A DNA stretch of 47,034 nt, taken from NCBI GenBank assembly GCA_031459385.1, contig JAVKIP010000023.1:1-47034 (forward strand), given 5' to 3'. Both the position numbers and the translations under genes were made by a program. The notes under the pieces were generated by a model, which saw nothing but the letters and a program-made list of their open reading frames with translations, ran no database searches and was not told the origin of the DNA. This stretch comes from Candidatus Fervidifonticultor secundus. GTDB taxonomy: Bacteria > Sysuimicrobiota > Sysuimicrobiia > Sysuimicrobiales > Humicultoraceae. This document shows, piece by piece, positions 9,646 to 20,505 of the stretch (the first letter of the stretch is position 1; every line of letters starts with the position of its first letter).

Positions 9646-12600
9646 TCCCTTCGCCGCGGGCGGGCCGCCCGCGCCATCGCGGCGATGTCCCCGGTGCGGC
9701 ACGGACAACCCTGCGCAGGCGCAGTTCTGCATGGCCTGCGGGCAGGCGCTGGTCTGGCCCTGCCCCCGCTGCGGCCAGGCGAACCCACCGGAGGCGCACT
9801 TCTGCCTGCGCTGCGGCACGCCCCTGGGCGAGGCGGCGCTGGTGGAGCGCCGGGTCACCAGCGTGCTGTTCGCGGATGTGGTGGCCTCGACGTCGCTGGC
9901 CCAGCGCCGCGACCCCGAGGCGATGCGCGCCATCGTGGCGCGGTACTTCGCCACGATGCGCGAGGAGATCGAGCGCCACGGCGGCGTGGTGGAGAAGTTC
10001 ATTGGCGACGCCGTCATGGCGGTCTTCGGGCTCCCTGCAGCGCACGAGGACGATCCGCAACGCGCCGTGCGTGCCGCGCTGGCCATGCAGGCGCGCCTGC
10101 CGGCCCTCAACGCCCAGCTCGGCATCGACCTGCACCTGCGCATCGGCATCAGCACCGGCGAGGTGGTCGCTGACCCGCGGGCCGTGGCGGCCGGGCAGCT
10201 CATGGTCACGGGCGAGGTGGTGAACCTGGCCTCGCGCCTGCAGGAAGACGCGCCGGCCGACGGCATCGCGGTGGACGACCGCACCGCCCGTGCCACGCGG
10301 CCCGCCGTGGAGTTCCGGCCGCTGCCGCCGGCCGCAGGCGAGTTCGCCGGGCAGGCGCGCTGGCTGGTGACCGGGGTCGCGGCGGAGGCGGCCGCCCACC
10401 GGCTGCGCGCGGGCATGGTGGGCCGGGAGGACGAGGTCCAGTTCCTGCTGGCGGTCTACCGCCGCGCCGTCGAGGGCCGCCGGCTGCACGTGGTGACCGT
10501 GATCGGGCAGGCAGGCGTGGGGAAGTCGCGCCTGGTCGCCGAATGGCTGGATCGACTGCGGGCGATCCCGCCGGCGCCGGCCATCCTGCGCGGCCGGTGC
10601 CCGGCGTACGGCGAAGGCCTCACCTACCGCCCCCTGGCGGAGGCCCTCCGGGCCGACGCCGGGATCAAGGAGAACGAGCCGCCGGCAGTGGCCGCCGACA
10701 GGCTGCGGGCGCACCTGCGCGCGGCAGCCGGAGGCAGCCTGCGCGACGACCACGTCGACGCGGTCGCCGCCGACCTCGTGGCGCTGCTGGGTTCGCCCGT
10801 GGCCCCCCGGCCCGGGGCGCCAGACCTGCGCGCGCCGGGCGACGGCCTGTTCCGGTCCCTGCGGGCGTTCCTGGCGGCACGGGCCCGCCGGCAGCCCGTG
10901 GTCGTGGTCATCGAGGACCTGCACTGGGCAGAGGAGACGCTCCTCGACCTGCTCAGGCAGCTCGCCGCCCGTGGCACCGACGGGCCCGTGCTGCTGGTGG
11001 GCCTGGCGCGCCCTGAGCTCCTCGAGCGGCACCCCGACTGGGGCGCGGGCCTGCGAAACGCCACCACGGTGTCGCTGGCGCCTCTGCCGGACGATGCGGG
11101 CGAGCGGCTGGTCACCGCGCTCCTCAAGGGCGCGCCCCCGCCCGCGGACGTGCGCGCGGCCGTGCTGGCGCGGGCCGAGGGCAACCCGCTCTTCATCCAG
11201 GAAATTCTGCGGATGCTGATCGAGGGGGGCTGGCTCGTGCGCGACGAGGCCGGCTGGCGGTGGGGCACCTATCCGCGGAACATCCAGATCCCGGACACCA
11301 TCCACGGGATCCTGGCCTCGCGGCTGGACCTCCTCTCGCCGCTGGAGAAGCACTGCGTCCAGGATGCGGCGGTGGTGGGCCGCACCTTCTGGCTCGGCGC
11401 GCTGGTGGCGACCAGCGAGCTCACGGCCGCGGAAGCCATCGCGGCCCTCACCCGCCTGCAGGAGCGCGATCTCGTGGAGGAGCGCTCCGCGTCGTCCATC
11501 GCGGGCGAGCGCGAGTTCGCGTTCACGCACGCGCTGGTGCGTGAGGTCGCCTACACCACCCTGCCCAAGGCCCGCCGCAGCGCCAGCCACCTCCGCTTCG
11601 CCCGCTGGCTGGAGCGCACCGCCGGCCCCGAGCACGGCGACGTCCTGCCCGCGCTGGCGCACCACTACGAGCATGCCTGGCGCTACCGGTTCGAGACCGG
11701 GGACCGCGCCCCCGAGCTGGCGCGCGGGGCCGTCGACGTCCTCCGGCGCGCGGCGATCCGCGCCGTGGGCCTGCGGGCTTTCCCGGAAGCGCGCCGGTTC
11801 TGCGACCGGGCGCTGGCCGTGCTGGAGAACGCCGGGCTCGAGGGCGACGTCGCGCTGCTGCTGGAGCTGCTCGTGCTGCGCACCGAGGGCGCGAAGTGGA
11901 CGTCGCGCCCGGACTTGGTGCTCAAGGACACGGACACGGTGATCCGCCTGGCCCCCACCGTCGGCCGCGACGACCTGCTGGCGCGCGCCTGGCTCAACCG
12001 GGCCTTCGCCGAATACGATCGCCTGCACCTGCAGCTCGCCGAGGATGCGCTGCGCGTGGCCTCGGACCTCTTCGAGCGACTGCAGGATCGGCGCGGGCGG
12101 GGCGAGGCCCTGGAGATCCTGGGGGCCATCACCGAGGACCTCCGCGGCCGCCTGAGCACCGCCCAGGACGCGTACCGGCAGGCGCTGGCGCTCTACCGCG
12201 AACTGGGCGACGGGCAGGGCATGGCACGCACGATGGCCTGGTACGGTCGCGCGATCATCGACGCAGGACGCCTCGACGAGGCGCACGCGGTGCTGGAGGA
12301 GGCCCTGGCCCTGGCGCGCGCACACCACGAGCGCATCAGCGAAGCCTACGCCCTCGCCGCGCAGGGTGTCCTCGCGCACCTGGCGGGCACCTCGCCGGCG
12401 GCCGTGCAGAAGTTCCAGGAGGCCATCGCCATCCGCCAGGCGCTGGGCGACCCGCTAAGCGAGGCCGCCACGCGCCGGCACCTGGGCATGCACCTGCTGC
12501 GCCAGGGCCGGCTCGACGAAGCCGAGCGCGAGTTCGAGACCGCGCGCGCGATCCGCCGCGCGCACGGCGCCAGGACCGAAGCGACCAACCTCCTGCGCGG

Positions 12601-12979
12601 GCTGGCCGAGGTGGCTCTGGCGCGCGGCGACCTGCTGGCCGCGGCAGAATATGCCGAGCAGGCGCTGGCCGGCGTGCAGCCGCCGGACGAGATGCTGCGG
12701 GCGAGCCACCTGGCCACGCTGGCACGGATCCGCGCGGCCCAGGGCCGCGCCGCGGACGCCGAGGAGCTCTTCCGCGAGAGCCTGGCCATCGTCGAGCGCC
12801 GCGAGTACCGCATCGACCTGGCGCTGACCTGGCTGAAGTACGGCGAGGCACTGGCGCTGCTGGGCCACGCGGACCGCGCGCGAGCCGCGCTCGAGCGGGC
12901 GCGGGCGCTGTTCGCTGAGATGGGCGCGACCAACTTCGTGCGAGAAGCGGACCGGCGGCTGCCCTCGCTGCGGACGTAA
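9632..12979 (+). CDS. Double zinc ribbon + class III adenylate/guanylate cyclase + STAND/AAA ATPase + TPR protein
   Basis: Four CxxC pairs; LFADVV, EKFIGDAVM, RIGISTG, VNLASRL; Walker A GQAGVGKS, Walker B VVIEDLHWA, GNPLF; C-terminal TPR-like helices. Confidence 0.92.
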   Translation: MSSDSPFAAGGPPAPSRRCPRCGTDNPAQAQFCMACGQALVWPCPRCGQANPPEAHFCLRCGTPLGEAALVERRVTSVLFADVVASTSLAQRRDPEAMRAIVARYFATMREEIERHGGVVEKFIGDAVMAVFGLPAAHEDDPQRAVRAALAMQARLPALNAQLGIDLHLRIGISTGEVVADPRAVAAGQLMVTGEVVNLASRLQEDAPADGIAVDDRTARATRPAVEFRPLPPAAGEFAGQARWLVTGVAAEAAAHRLRAGMVGREDEVQFLLAVYRRAVEGRRLHVVTVIGQAGVGKSRLVAEWLDRLRAIPPAPAILRGRCPAYGEGLTYRPLAEALRADAGIKENEPPAVAADRLRAHLRAAAGGSLRDDHVDAVAADLVALLGSPVAPRPGAPDLRAPGDGLFRSLRAFLAARARRQPVVVVIEDLHWAEETLLDLLRQLAARGTDGPVLLVGLARPELLERHPDWGAGLRNATTVSLAPLPDDAGERLVTALLKGAPPPADVRAAVLARAEGNPLFIQEILRMLIEGGWLVRDEAGWRWGTYPRNIQIPDTIHGILASRLDLLSPLEKHCVQDAAVVGRTFWLGALVATSELTAAEAIAALTRLQERDLVEERSASSIAGEREFAFTHALVREVAYTTLPKARRSASHLRFARWLERTAGPEHGDVLPALAHHYEHAWRYRFETGDRAPELARGAVDVLRRAAIRAVGLRAFPEARRFCDRALAVLENAGLEGDVALLLELLVLRTEGAKWTSRPDLVLKDTDTVIRLAPTVGRDDLLARAWLNRAFAEYDRLHLQLAEDALRVASDLFERLQDRRGRGEALEILGAITEDLRGRLSTAQDAYRQALALYRELGDGQGMARTMAWYGRAIIDAGRLDEAHAVLEEALALARAHHERISEAYALAAQGVLAHLAGTSPAAVQKFQEAIAIRQALGDPLSEAATRRHLGMHLLRQGRLDEAEREFETARAIRRAHGARTEATNLLRGLAEVALARGDLLAAAEYAEQALAGVQPPDEMLRASHLATLARIRAAQGRAADAEELFRESLAIVERREYRIDLALTWLKYGEALALLGHADRARAALERARALFAEMGATNFVREADRRLPSLRT

Positions 12980-13028
12980 CCGCACAGCGCGTCCGGGCGC
13001 GGCCGTCGCTGGCCGGCAGGTACGGGCT

Positions 13029-13043
13029 ACGCTATAATAGCGT
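13029..13043 (+). promoter_or_regulatory. -10 box TATAAT embedded in a perfect palindrome upstream of accD
   Basis: ACGCTAT-A-ATAGCGT; TATAAT at 13033-13038, about 60 nt before the accD ATG. Confidence 0.6.
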
Positions 13044-13097
13044 GGTTCTGGCGGGTACCGCCGTGCCCGCCGATCCGCATCGGCCACGGAGGCGCAC

Positions 13098-14003
<906 letters not shown>

Positions 14004-14073
14004 TGGCGCTGCGCACGCGCCACGGGCGGGCCCCGGCCGGGAGGGCCGCCGGCCAGCGGGGAGACGCCTGGCG

Positions 14074-15066
14074 GTGACGGTGCTGCCCGAACGCGACCGG
14101 CAGGCCGAGGCGCGCGCCGCCGCCCTGGAAGCCCGGCTGGCCGCGCTGCACCGCGAGATCGCCCACCACCGCCAGCAGGCGCAGAAGGCACCGGGTACCG
14201 CGGCGGACGCCCTGCGGGCGCTGGAAGCGCGGGCCACCGAGATCCGCGAGGAGCTGGCGACGCTGCGCACCCCGTGGCAGGCCGTGGCGCTGGCGCGCCA
14301 TCCGCAGCGGCCCAAGGCCCACGAGTTCGTGGCGGCCCTGGTCGACGACTTCATGGAACTGCACGGCGACCGGGCGTTCCGCGACGATCCCGCGCTGACC
14401 TGCGGGCTGGGGTGGTTCGAGGGCCGCCCGGTGGTCGCCATCGCCCCGCACAAGGGCAGGGACACCAAGGAGAACCTGGCCCACAACTTCGGCATGCCCT
14501 CCCCCGAGGGCTACCGCAAGGCCCTGCGCGTGATGACGCTCGCCGAGAAGTTCGGCTACCCCGTCCTGAGTTTCGTGGACACGCCGGCGGCCTATCCCGG
14601 CGATGCGGCCGAGGAGCGCGGTCAGGCCGAGGCGATCGCGCGCAACATCATGGAGATGACGCGGCTGCGGGTGCCGATCGTGGTGACGATTACCGGCGAA
14701 GGTGGCAGTGGCGGCGCCCTGGCCATCGCCGTGGGCGACGCGGTGTTGATGCTCGAGCACGCGATCTACACGGTGATCCCCCCGGAAGGCTGCGCGGCCA
14801 TCCTCTGGCGCGACGCGACGCGCGCGCGCGAGGCCGCAGGGGCCCTGCGCCTGGTGGCCGCGGACCTCGCGGCGCTGGAGGTGGTGGACGAGGTCATCCC
14901 CGAACCCCCCGGCGGTGCCCACGCCGAGCCGGCCGCAGTGTTCGACGCAGTGCGCGTCGGCGTGCGCCGGCACCTGGCGGCCCTGGACGGCGTGCCCGTC
15001 GACGAGCTCGTGCGCCGGCGGTACGCCAAGTACCGGCGCATGGGCTATTATGAGGAGCGAGCATGA
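14074..15066 (+). CDS. accA: Acetyl-CoA carboxylase carboxyltransferase alpha subunit
   Basis: [43 protein letters not shown] start approximate. Confidence 0.96.
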   Translation: MTVLPERDRQAEARAAALEARLAALHREIAHHRQQAQKAPGTAADALRALEARATEIREELATLRTPWQAVALARHPQRPKAHEFVAALVDDFMELHGDRAFRDDPALTCGLGWFEGRPVVAIAPHKGRDTKENLAHNFGMPSPEGYRKALRVMTLAEKFGYPVLSFVDTPAAYPGDAAEERGQAEAIARNIMEMTRLRVPIVVTITGEGGSGGALAIAVGDAVLMLEHAIYTVIPPEGCAAILWRDATRAREAAGALRLVAADLAALEVVDEVIPEPPGGAHAEPAAVFDAVRVGVRRHLAALDGVPVDELVRRRYAKYRRMGYYEERA

Positions 15067-15551
15067 CCGACCGCATCGACTTCGACCAGGTCCGCGAAGT
15101 GGTGCGCATCGCGACCGAGGGCGCCGTGGCCGAACTGGAGGTCGAGACGCCGGCGCTCAAGATCCGCGTGCGCACCGGCGCGGGGCAGTCGCCGGCGCCC
15201 GCCGTCGCCGACAGCCAGGCGCAGACACCGTCTGCCGGCGCCCCCGCGCCCGGCAACGCCCCCGCCGCCGCGGGCGTCGGCCTGCCCGCGGAGGACCATC
15301 TGGTGCCGATCGTGGCGCCGATGGTGGGCACCTTCTACCGCGCGCCGGCGCCGGACGCGCCGCCGTTCGTGAAGGAAGGGGACCACGTCGAAGCGGGCCA
15401 GGTGGTCTGCATCATCGAGGCGATGAAGCTCTTCAACGAGATCCAGGCCGAGGTCGGCGGCCGCATCGCCCGGGTGCTGGTCGACAACGCCAGCCCCGTC
15501 GAGTACGGGCAGCCCCTCTTCCTCCTCGAGCCCAACGCCCGGAGTCGGTGA
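15063..15551 (+). CDS. accB: Biotin carboxyl carrier protein
   Basis: [13 protein letters not shown] biotinylation motif, Ala/Pro linker; ATGA overlap with accA. Confidence 0.97.
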   Translation: MTDRIDFDQVREVVRIATEGAVAELEVETPALKIRVRTGAGQSPAPAVADSQAQTPSAGAPAPGNAPAAAGVGLPAEDHLVPIVAPMVGTFYRAPAPDAPPFVKEGDHVEAGQVVCIIEAMKLFNEIQAEVGGRIARVLVDNASPVEYGQPLFLLEPNARSR

Positions 15552-16903
15552 TGTTCCGCAAGGTGCTCGTCGCCAACCGCGGCGAGATCGCGGTGCGGAT
15601 CATCCGCGCCTGCCAGGAGCTGGGCATCCGGACCGTTGCCGTCTACTCCGAGGCGGACCGCGGCGCCCTGCACGTGAAACTGGCCGACGAGGCGTTCTGC
15701 ATCGGCCCGGCCGCCAGCGCGGGCTCCTACCTGAACATCCCCAACATCATGAGCACCGCCGAGCTGACCGGCGCCGACGCCATCCACCCGGGCTACGGCT
15801 TCCTGGCCGAGAACCCGCGCTTCGCCGAGATCGTCGCCGACCATAAGATCACCTGGATCGGCCCGCCGGCCCGGGCCATCGAGGCCATGGGGCACAAGTC
15901 GGCCGCCCGGGCGCTCATGCAGCGCCACGGCGTGCCCGTCGTTCCTGGGAGCCCGGGGGCGGTGAAGACCGAGCGCGAGGCGCTGGAGATCGCGCGGCAG
16001 ACCGGCTTCCCCCTGATCATCAAGGCGGCTGCCGGCGGCGGCGGCCGGGGGATGCGCGTGGTGCACACGGCGTACGAGGTCTCGCGGGCGCTGCAGACCG
16101 CCCGGCAGGAGGCGGCAGCCGCGTTCGGCAACGGCGACGTGTACATCGAGAAGTACATCGGCGAGCCCCGGCACGTGGAGGTGCAGATCCTGGCCGACGC
16201 CCACGGCCACGTGGTGCACCTGGGCGCGCGCGACTGCTCCATCCAGCGGCGCCACCAGAAGCTCATCGAGGAGTCGCCGCCGCCCCGACTGCGCGAGCGT
16301 ACGCTGGCGGCGCTGGCCCGGGCCGCGGTGCGTGCCGCGCAGGTCATCGACTACATCAACGCCGGCACCGTCGAGTTCCTGGTGGACGAGCACGAGAACG
16401 TCTACTTCATGGAGATGAACACGCGGATCCAGGTCGAGCACCCGGTGACCGAGATGGTCACCGGCCTGGACCTGGTCAAAGAACAGATCCGCATCGCCGC
16501 CGGCGAGCGCCTGACGGTCTTGCAGCGGGACGTCGAGATCCGCGGATGGGCCATCGAGTGCCGGATCAACGCCGAGGACCCGCGCCACGACTTCCGCCCT
16601 TCGCCCGGCCCGCTGACGTCGTTCATCCCACCCGGAGGGCCGGGCGTCCGCGTGGACACCCACTGCTTCCCCGGGTACGTGGTGCCGCCACACTACGACT
16701 CGCTGCTGGCCAAGGTCGTCGTCTGGGGCCGCGACCGGGACGAGGCCATCGCCCGCATGCGCCGGGCCCTGCTGGAGTTCGAGATCGACGGCGTGCGGAC
16801 CACGATCCCCTTCCACCTGGCGGTGCTGGACAACGCCTTCTTCCGCCGCGGCGAGGTCTACACGAACTTCGTGCAGCGGCGAATCGACCTGAGCGCGCTG
16901 TAG
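15551..16903 (+). CDS. accC: Biotin carboxylase
   Basis: [50 protein letters not shown] overlap with accB. Confidence 0.97.
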   Translation: MFRKVLVANRGEIAVRIIRACQELGIRTVAVYSEADRGALHVKLADEAFCIGPAASAGSYLNIPNIMSTAELTGADAIHPGYGFLAENPRFAEIVADHKITWIGPPARAIEAMGHKSAARALMQRHGVPVVPGSPGAVKTEREALEIARQTGFPLIIKAAAGGGGRGMRVVHTAYEVSRALQTARQEAAAAFGNGDVYIEKYIGEPRHVEVQILADAHGHVVHLGARDCSIQRRHQKLIEESPPPRLRERTLAALARAAVRAAQVIDYINAGTVEFLVDEHENVYFMEMNTRIQVEHPVTEMVTGLDLVKEQIRIAAGERLTVLQRDVEIRGWAIECRINAEDPRHDFRPSPGPLTSFIPPGGPGVRVDTHCFPGYVVPPHYDSLLAKVVVWGRDRDEAIARMRRALLEFEIDGVRTTIPFHLAVLDNAFFRRGEVYTNFVQRRIDLSAL

Positions 16904-16970
16904 CCCCAGACTGGCGCGAGCCGGGGCCACCGGGACCGTGCCGGGCCGCCGCCGAGCCCCGGGACCACCG

Positions 16971-17912
16971 TCACCCCAGGCGAAGACGCGCCGCGGCCGC
17001 GGCGCCCACCGCGCCCGCGTGCAGGCCCAGCGCCGCCGGGACGATCTGCACCGCAGCCGCAGGCCGCTCGAAGGCCTCGGCCTGCACGATGCGGCGCACC
17101 GGACCCAGCAGCAGCTCGCCGGCCCGGGCCACGCCGCCGCCGATGATGAGCATGGCGGGGTTGAGCAGGTTCACGAGGTTCGCGGCCGCCAGACCCAGGT
17201 AGCCGGCGGCGCGGGCGAAGACCTCGCGGGCCAGCGGATCGCCCTCGGCTGCGGCGCGCGCCACCTCCCGCGCGTCGAGGGCCGAGGCGCCCGCGAGCAT
17301 CGAGGGCCGGCCGGCGGCCAGCGCCGCGCGGGCCTCGCGCACGATGGCGCTCCCCGATGCCACGGCCTCGAGGCATCCCAGGCGGCCGCACGCACAGCGC
17401 GGCCCGCCCGGGACGAGCACCATGTGGCCGATCTCGCCCGCCGTGCCCGAGACCCCGGTGTAGAGCTGGCCGCGCAGGATGAGCCCACCGCCGACCCCGG
17501 TGCCCACCGTGATGTAGAGCAGGTCGTCGACCCCTCGCCCGGCGCCGACCCAGTGCTCGCCCAGAGCCGCGGCGTTGGCGTCGTTCTCCACGGCGACGGG
17601 CATGCCCAGCCGCTCGCGCACCAGGGCAGCCAGCGGCACGTCGCGCCAGCCCTGCAGGTTCGGCGGCGCGAAGACCACGCCGGTGGCGGGATCTGCCGGG
17701 CCGGGCGCGCCGACGCCAGCGGCGCGCACGGCCGCGCGCGAGACGCCCGCAGCCGCCAGCGCCCGATCCGCGGTCGCCGCGATGGCCTCGACCACCGCGG
17801 GCGGCCCCGCCTGCGGCGTGGCCGCCCGCGCCGTGGCCCCGACGCGGCCCGTCTCGTCCACCACCGCAGCAAGGATCTTCGTGCCGCCGAGGTCTACGCC
17901 CAGGTACCACAT
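16971..17912 (-). CDS. ROK-family sugar kinase (glucokinase-like)
   Basis: GVDLGGTK, ENDANAAALGE, GTGVGGG, GEIGH, CACGRLGCLE. Confidence 0.93.
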   Translation of the reverse strand: MWYLGVDLGGTKILAAVVDETGRVGATARAATPQAGPPAVVEAIAATADRALAAAGVSRAAVRAAGVGAPGPADPATGVVFAPPNLQGWRDVPLAALVRERLGMPVAVENDANAAALGEHWVGAGRGVDDLLYITVGTGVGGGLILRGQLYTGVSGTAGEIGHMVLVPGGPRCACGRLGCLEAVASGSAIVREARAALAAGRPSMLAGASALDAREVARAAAEGDPLAREVFARAAGYLGLAAANLVNLLNPAMLIIGGGVARAGELLLGPVRRIVQAEAFERPAAAVQIVPAALGLHAGAVGAAAAARLRLG

Positions 17913-18022
17913 CCCCGAGCTGTCTTCGAGCCGCTGCGGTGGGCTCCTGTGCTGCGGCGGCGGAGGAGCCAGCTTGCAGCAGCCAGAACTCTCCCCTGCG
18001 CGGGTTGATGGGGAGGTGGCGC

Positions 18023-18916
18023 ATGCCGGATATCGTGGGATTGCTGACGTACGCCGCGGCCGTCGTCATCGTCGGCCTGATGATCCTCAACGCGGCCATC
18101 AAGATCGTCCGCGAGTACCAGCGGCTGGTCGTCTTCCGGCTCGGCCGCAGCATCGGCCGCAAGGGTCCGGGCATCGTCTTCCTCATCCCCATCGTCGACC
18201 GGGCCGTCTGGGTGGACCTGCGCGAGCAGTTCATCGAGATCCCGTCCCAGACGTGCATCACGCGCGACAACGCCCCGATCAACATCGACTTCCTCATCTA
18301 CTACAAGGTGCTCGACCCGGAGAGCTCGGTCATCCAGGTGGCCGACTTCGCCGGAGCGGCGCGCGGCGTGGCCACGACCACCTTGCGCGCGGTCATCGGC
18401 GATATCATCCTGGACGACGTGCTGGCGCGCCGCGAGCAGATCAACCAGGTGCTGCGCGCCAAGCTCGACGAGGTCACCGAGCGCTGGGGCGTGAAGGTCA
18501 CCACCGTCGAGATCCGGGAGATCCTGCCGCCCAAGGACGTGCAGGAGGCGATGACCCGGCAGATGTCGGCGGAGCGCACGCGCCGCGCGGTGGTCACCGA
18601 GGCCGACGGCAAGCGCGAGGCGGCCATCAAGGTGGCCGAGGGCGAGAAGCAGGCGGCGATCCTGCGGGCGGAAGGCGACCGGCAGGCGGCGATCCTGCGG
18701 GCAGAGGGCTTCGCGCTGGCCCTGGACACCATCTTCAAGGTGGCGCAGACGGTGGACGCCAAGACCATGGCGCTTCAGTACCTGGAGACGCTCAAGGCGC
18801 TGGGCGCGGGCCCGGCCACCAAGTTCATCTTCCCCCTGGAGTTCACCAAGCTGCTGGGGCCGCTGGGCGACATGGCCGGCGCGGCGCTGGGCGAGCGCAA
18901 ACCGGGCGCCGGCTAG
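18023..18916 (+). CDS. SPFH/band-7 (stomatin/QmcA-like) membrane protein
   Basis: N-terminal TM, EYQRLVVFRLG, TTLRAVIG, WGVKVTTVEI, AEG coiled-coil repeats; GGAGG RBS. Confidence 0.93.
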   Translation: MPDIVGLLTYAAAVVIVGLMILNAAIKIVREYQRLVVFRLGRSIGRKGPGIVFLIPIVDRAVWVDLREQFIEIPSQTCITRDNAPINIDFLIYYKVLDPESSVIQVADFAGAARGVATTTLRAVIGDIILDDVLARREQINQVLRAKLDEVTERWGVKVTTVEIREILPPKDVQEAMTRQMSAERTRRAVVTEADGKREAAIKVAEGEKQAAILRAEGDRQAAILRAEGFALALDTIFKVAQTVDAKTMALQYLETLKALGAGPATKFIFPLEFTKLLGPLGDMAGAALGERKPGAG

Positions 18917-18941
18917 CAGACGGCGCGGCGGGGGCGCAGCG

Positions 18942-19691
18942 ATGACGGCACCGCCGCCCCAGCCGCGCTGGCAGCAGCCCCTGGCAGCTGCCGGCGACGC
19001 CGTTGTGCGCACGACGGCGCTCGCCGCGCTGGGACTGCTGCGCCTGGTGGACGCGACACTCGACGTGCGCGTCTACGGCCACGAGCACCTGGCGCTCGCC
19101 CGCCGGTGGGGCCGGCGGGTCCTGTTCGTCGTCTGGCACGGGAAGGGCCTGATCCCCCTCCTCTTCTTCCAGGGCTGGCCGCTGGTGATCTACACCAGCC
19201 ATCCGCGTGCCCCATCGTACGGCCGGCTCGCGCGCGCGGCACGGCGGTTCACGCTGGCTGCCCTGCGCCAGGCGGGCTACCGGGTGCTGGACGCAGCCCA
19301 GTTCGCCTCCGAGTCGCGCGGCGTGATCCGCTTCCTGCAGATCCTGCAGGAGACCGCCGGCGGCATCATCGCTGCCGACGGCCCGGCCGGGCCCCCGTTC
19401 CGGGCCAAGCCGGGCGCGGCGTTCGTCGCGAAGCGCGCCGGGGTGGCCCTGGTGCCGGTGGGCGCGGCGCTGCTGCGCGGGCTGGCCCTGGACTCGTGGG
19501 ACCGGTTCGAGCTGCCGGTCCCCTTCTCGTCCGCCGTGCTGGTCATCGGCGAACTGCTGACCGTGCCCGAGGACGCCGACGACGCGGCACTGCAGGCCCT
19601 TTCGCGCCGGCTGGAAGCGGCCCTCAACGACCTCACCGCGCGGGCCGAGATCGAAGCGTTCGCCGTCGCGCCCGTCCGGACCCCGGCGTAA
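18942..19691 (+). CDS. Lysophospholipid acyltransferase-like (DUF374-type) protein
   Basis: FVVWHG, ADGPAGP..AKPG, SWDRFELPVPFS. Confidence 0.7.
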   Translation: MTAPPPQPRWQQPLAAAGDAVVRTTALAALGLLRLVDATLDVRVYGHEHLALARRWGRRVLFVVWHGKGLIPLLFFQGWPLVIYTSHPRAPSYGRLARAARRFTLAALRQAGYRVLDAAQFASESRGVIRFLQILQETAGGIIAADGPAGPPFRAKPGAAFVAKRAGVALVPVGAALLRGLALDSWDRFELPVPFSSAVLVIGELLTVPEDADDAALQALSRRLEAALNDLTARAEIEAFAVAPVRTPA

Positions 19692-19702
19692 GCTGGCCGC
19701 CC

Positions 19703-19906
19703 TCAGATGCGGTGCAGCAGCCACAGCGTGCCCAGGCCGAGCAGGGCCAGCGCGCCGAGGACCAGCAGCGGGTAGAGCAGGAAGAGCAGCGGGCTGGCGG
19801 CCTTCCAGGTCACGAGCAGGATGGCCGCGACCAGGGCGCCGGCCAGCGCGGCGCCCCAGCCGAGCGCGCGGCCGCGCACCGGAACGATCCTGGGACCGCG
19901 CACCAC
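19703..19906 (-). CDS. Small hypothetical membrane protein (2 TM)
   Basis: 67 aa with two hydrophobic helices; directly abuts the upstream stop and fills the gap. Confidence 0.6.
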   Translation of the reverse strand: MVRGPRIVPVRGRALGWGAALAGALVAAILLVTWKAASPLLFLLYPLLVLGALALLGLGTLWLLHRI

Positions 19907-20497
19907 CTACGGCCGCTCCCGGCCGCGCCCGCCGGCTTCCAGGTCGTCGATGCGGGCGCGCAGACGCAGGATCGTCTCCTCGTAGGCCTGGAGCATCCGC
20001 GCCTGACGGTGCGCCCGGGCCGCCAGGTAGCCGGCATAGAGCGCCACGGCCCAGTAGGCCAGGATCTTCACGCCTTCCAGCGTGAGGTCGCCGCCCAGCG
20101 GGTGCAGCAGTAGCACGCCCACGTAGCCCACGTTGTAAAGCAGCGCCGCCAGGGCGGCCATGCCCATGCCGTACCGGATGCTGGTGCTGACCAGGACGAT
20201 GAAGTAGACGTAGTAGAAGGGGCTGGCCGCGCCGCCGGTGGTGCCCACCAGCGCCGTCGTGAGCAGCTGGTCGTGCACGGTGGCCGCGTAGCGCACCCAG
20301 CGCGGGACACCGCGCCGCAGCGCGGCTGCGAAGGTCAGGTTCGCAGCCGCGGCGACGGTCGCCAGCGCGGCGATCACGCGCGCGTCGGTGCTGATGGCAC
20401 CGCTACGGCGCAGGTACCAGACCCCTGCCAGCAGGATGCCCAGCATGAGCCAGCGCACCGTCACGCGGCTGCGCTCGATGCGCCCGTCGTCGTCCAT
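19907..20497 (-). CDS. Multi-pass membrane protein resembling a stand-alone sensor-kinase TM input domain
   Basis: Starts MDDDGRIERS; about 6 TM helices; TGGAASPFYYVYF motif; C-terminal coiled coil. Confidence 0.7.
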   Translation of the reverse strand: MDDDGRIERSRVTVRWLMLGILLAGVWYLRRSGAISTDARVIAALATVAAAANLTFAAALRRGVPRWVRYAATVHDQLLTTALVGTTGGAASPFYYVYFIVLVSTSIRYGMGMAALAALLYNVGYVGVLLLHPLGGDLTLEGVKILAYWAVALYAGYLAARAHRQARMLQAYEETILRLRARIDDLEAGGRGRERP

Positions 20498-20505
20498 GGT
20501 CGTCG

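Noticed and set aside
14915..15550. Extended accC (662 aa)
   Set aside because: Out-of-frame overlap with accA/accB; the canonical [12 protein letters not shown] starts at 15551
18640..18710. Direct repeat AGGCGGCGATCCTGCGGGC
   Set aside because: It encodes the QAAILRAEG coiled-coil repeats normal for SPFH proteins
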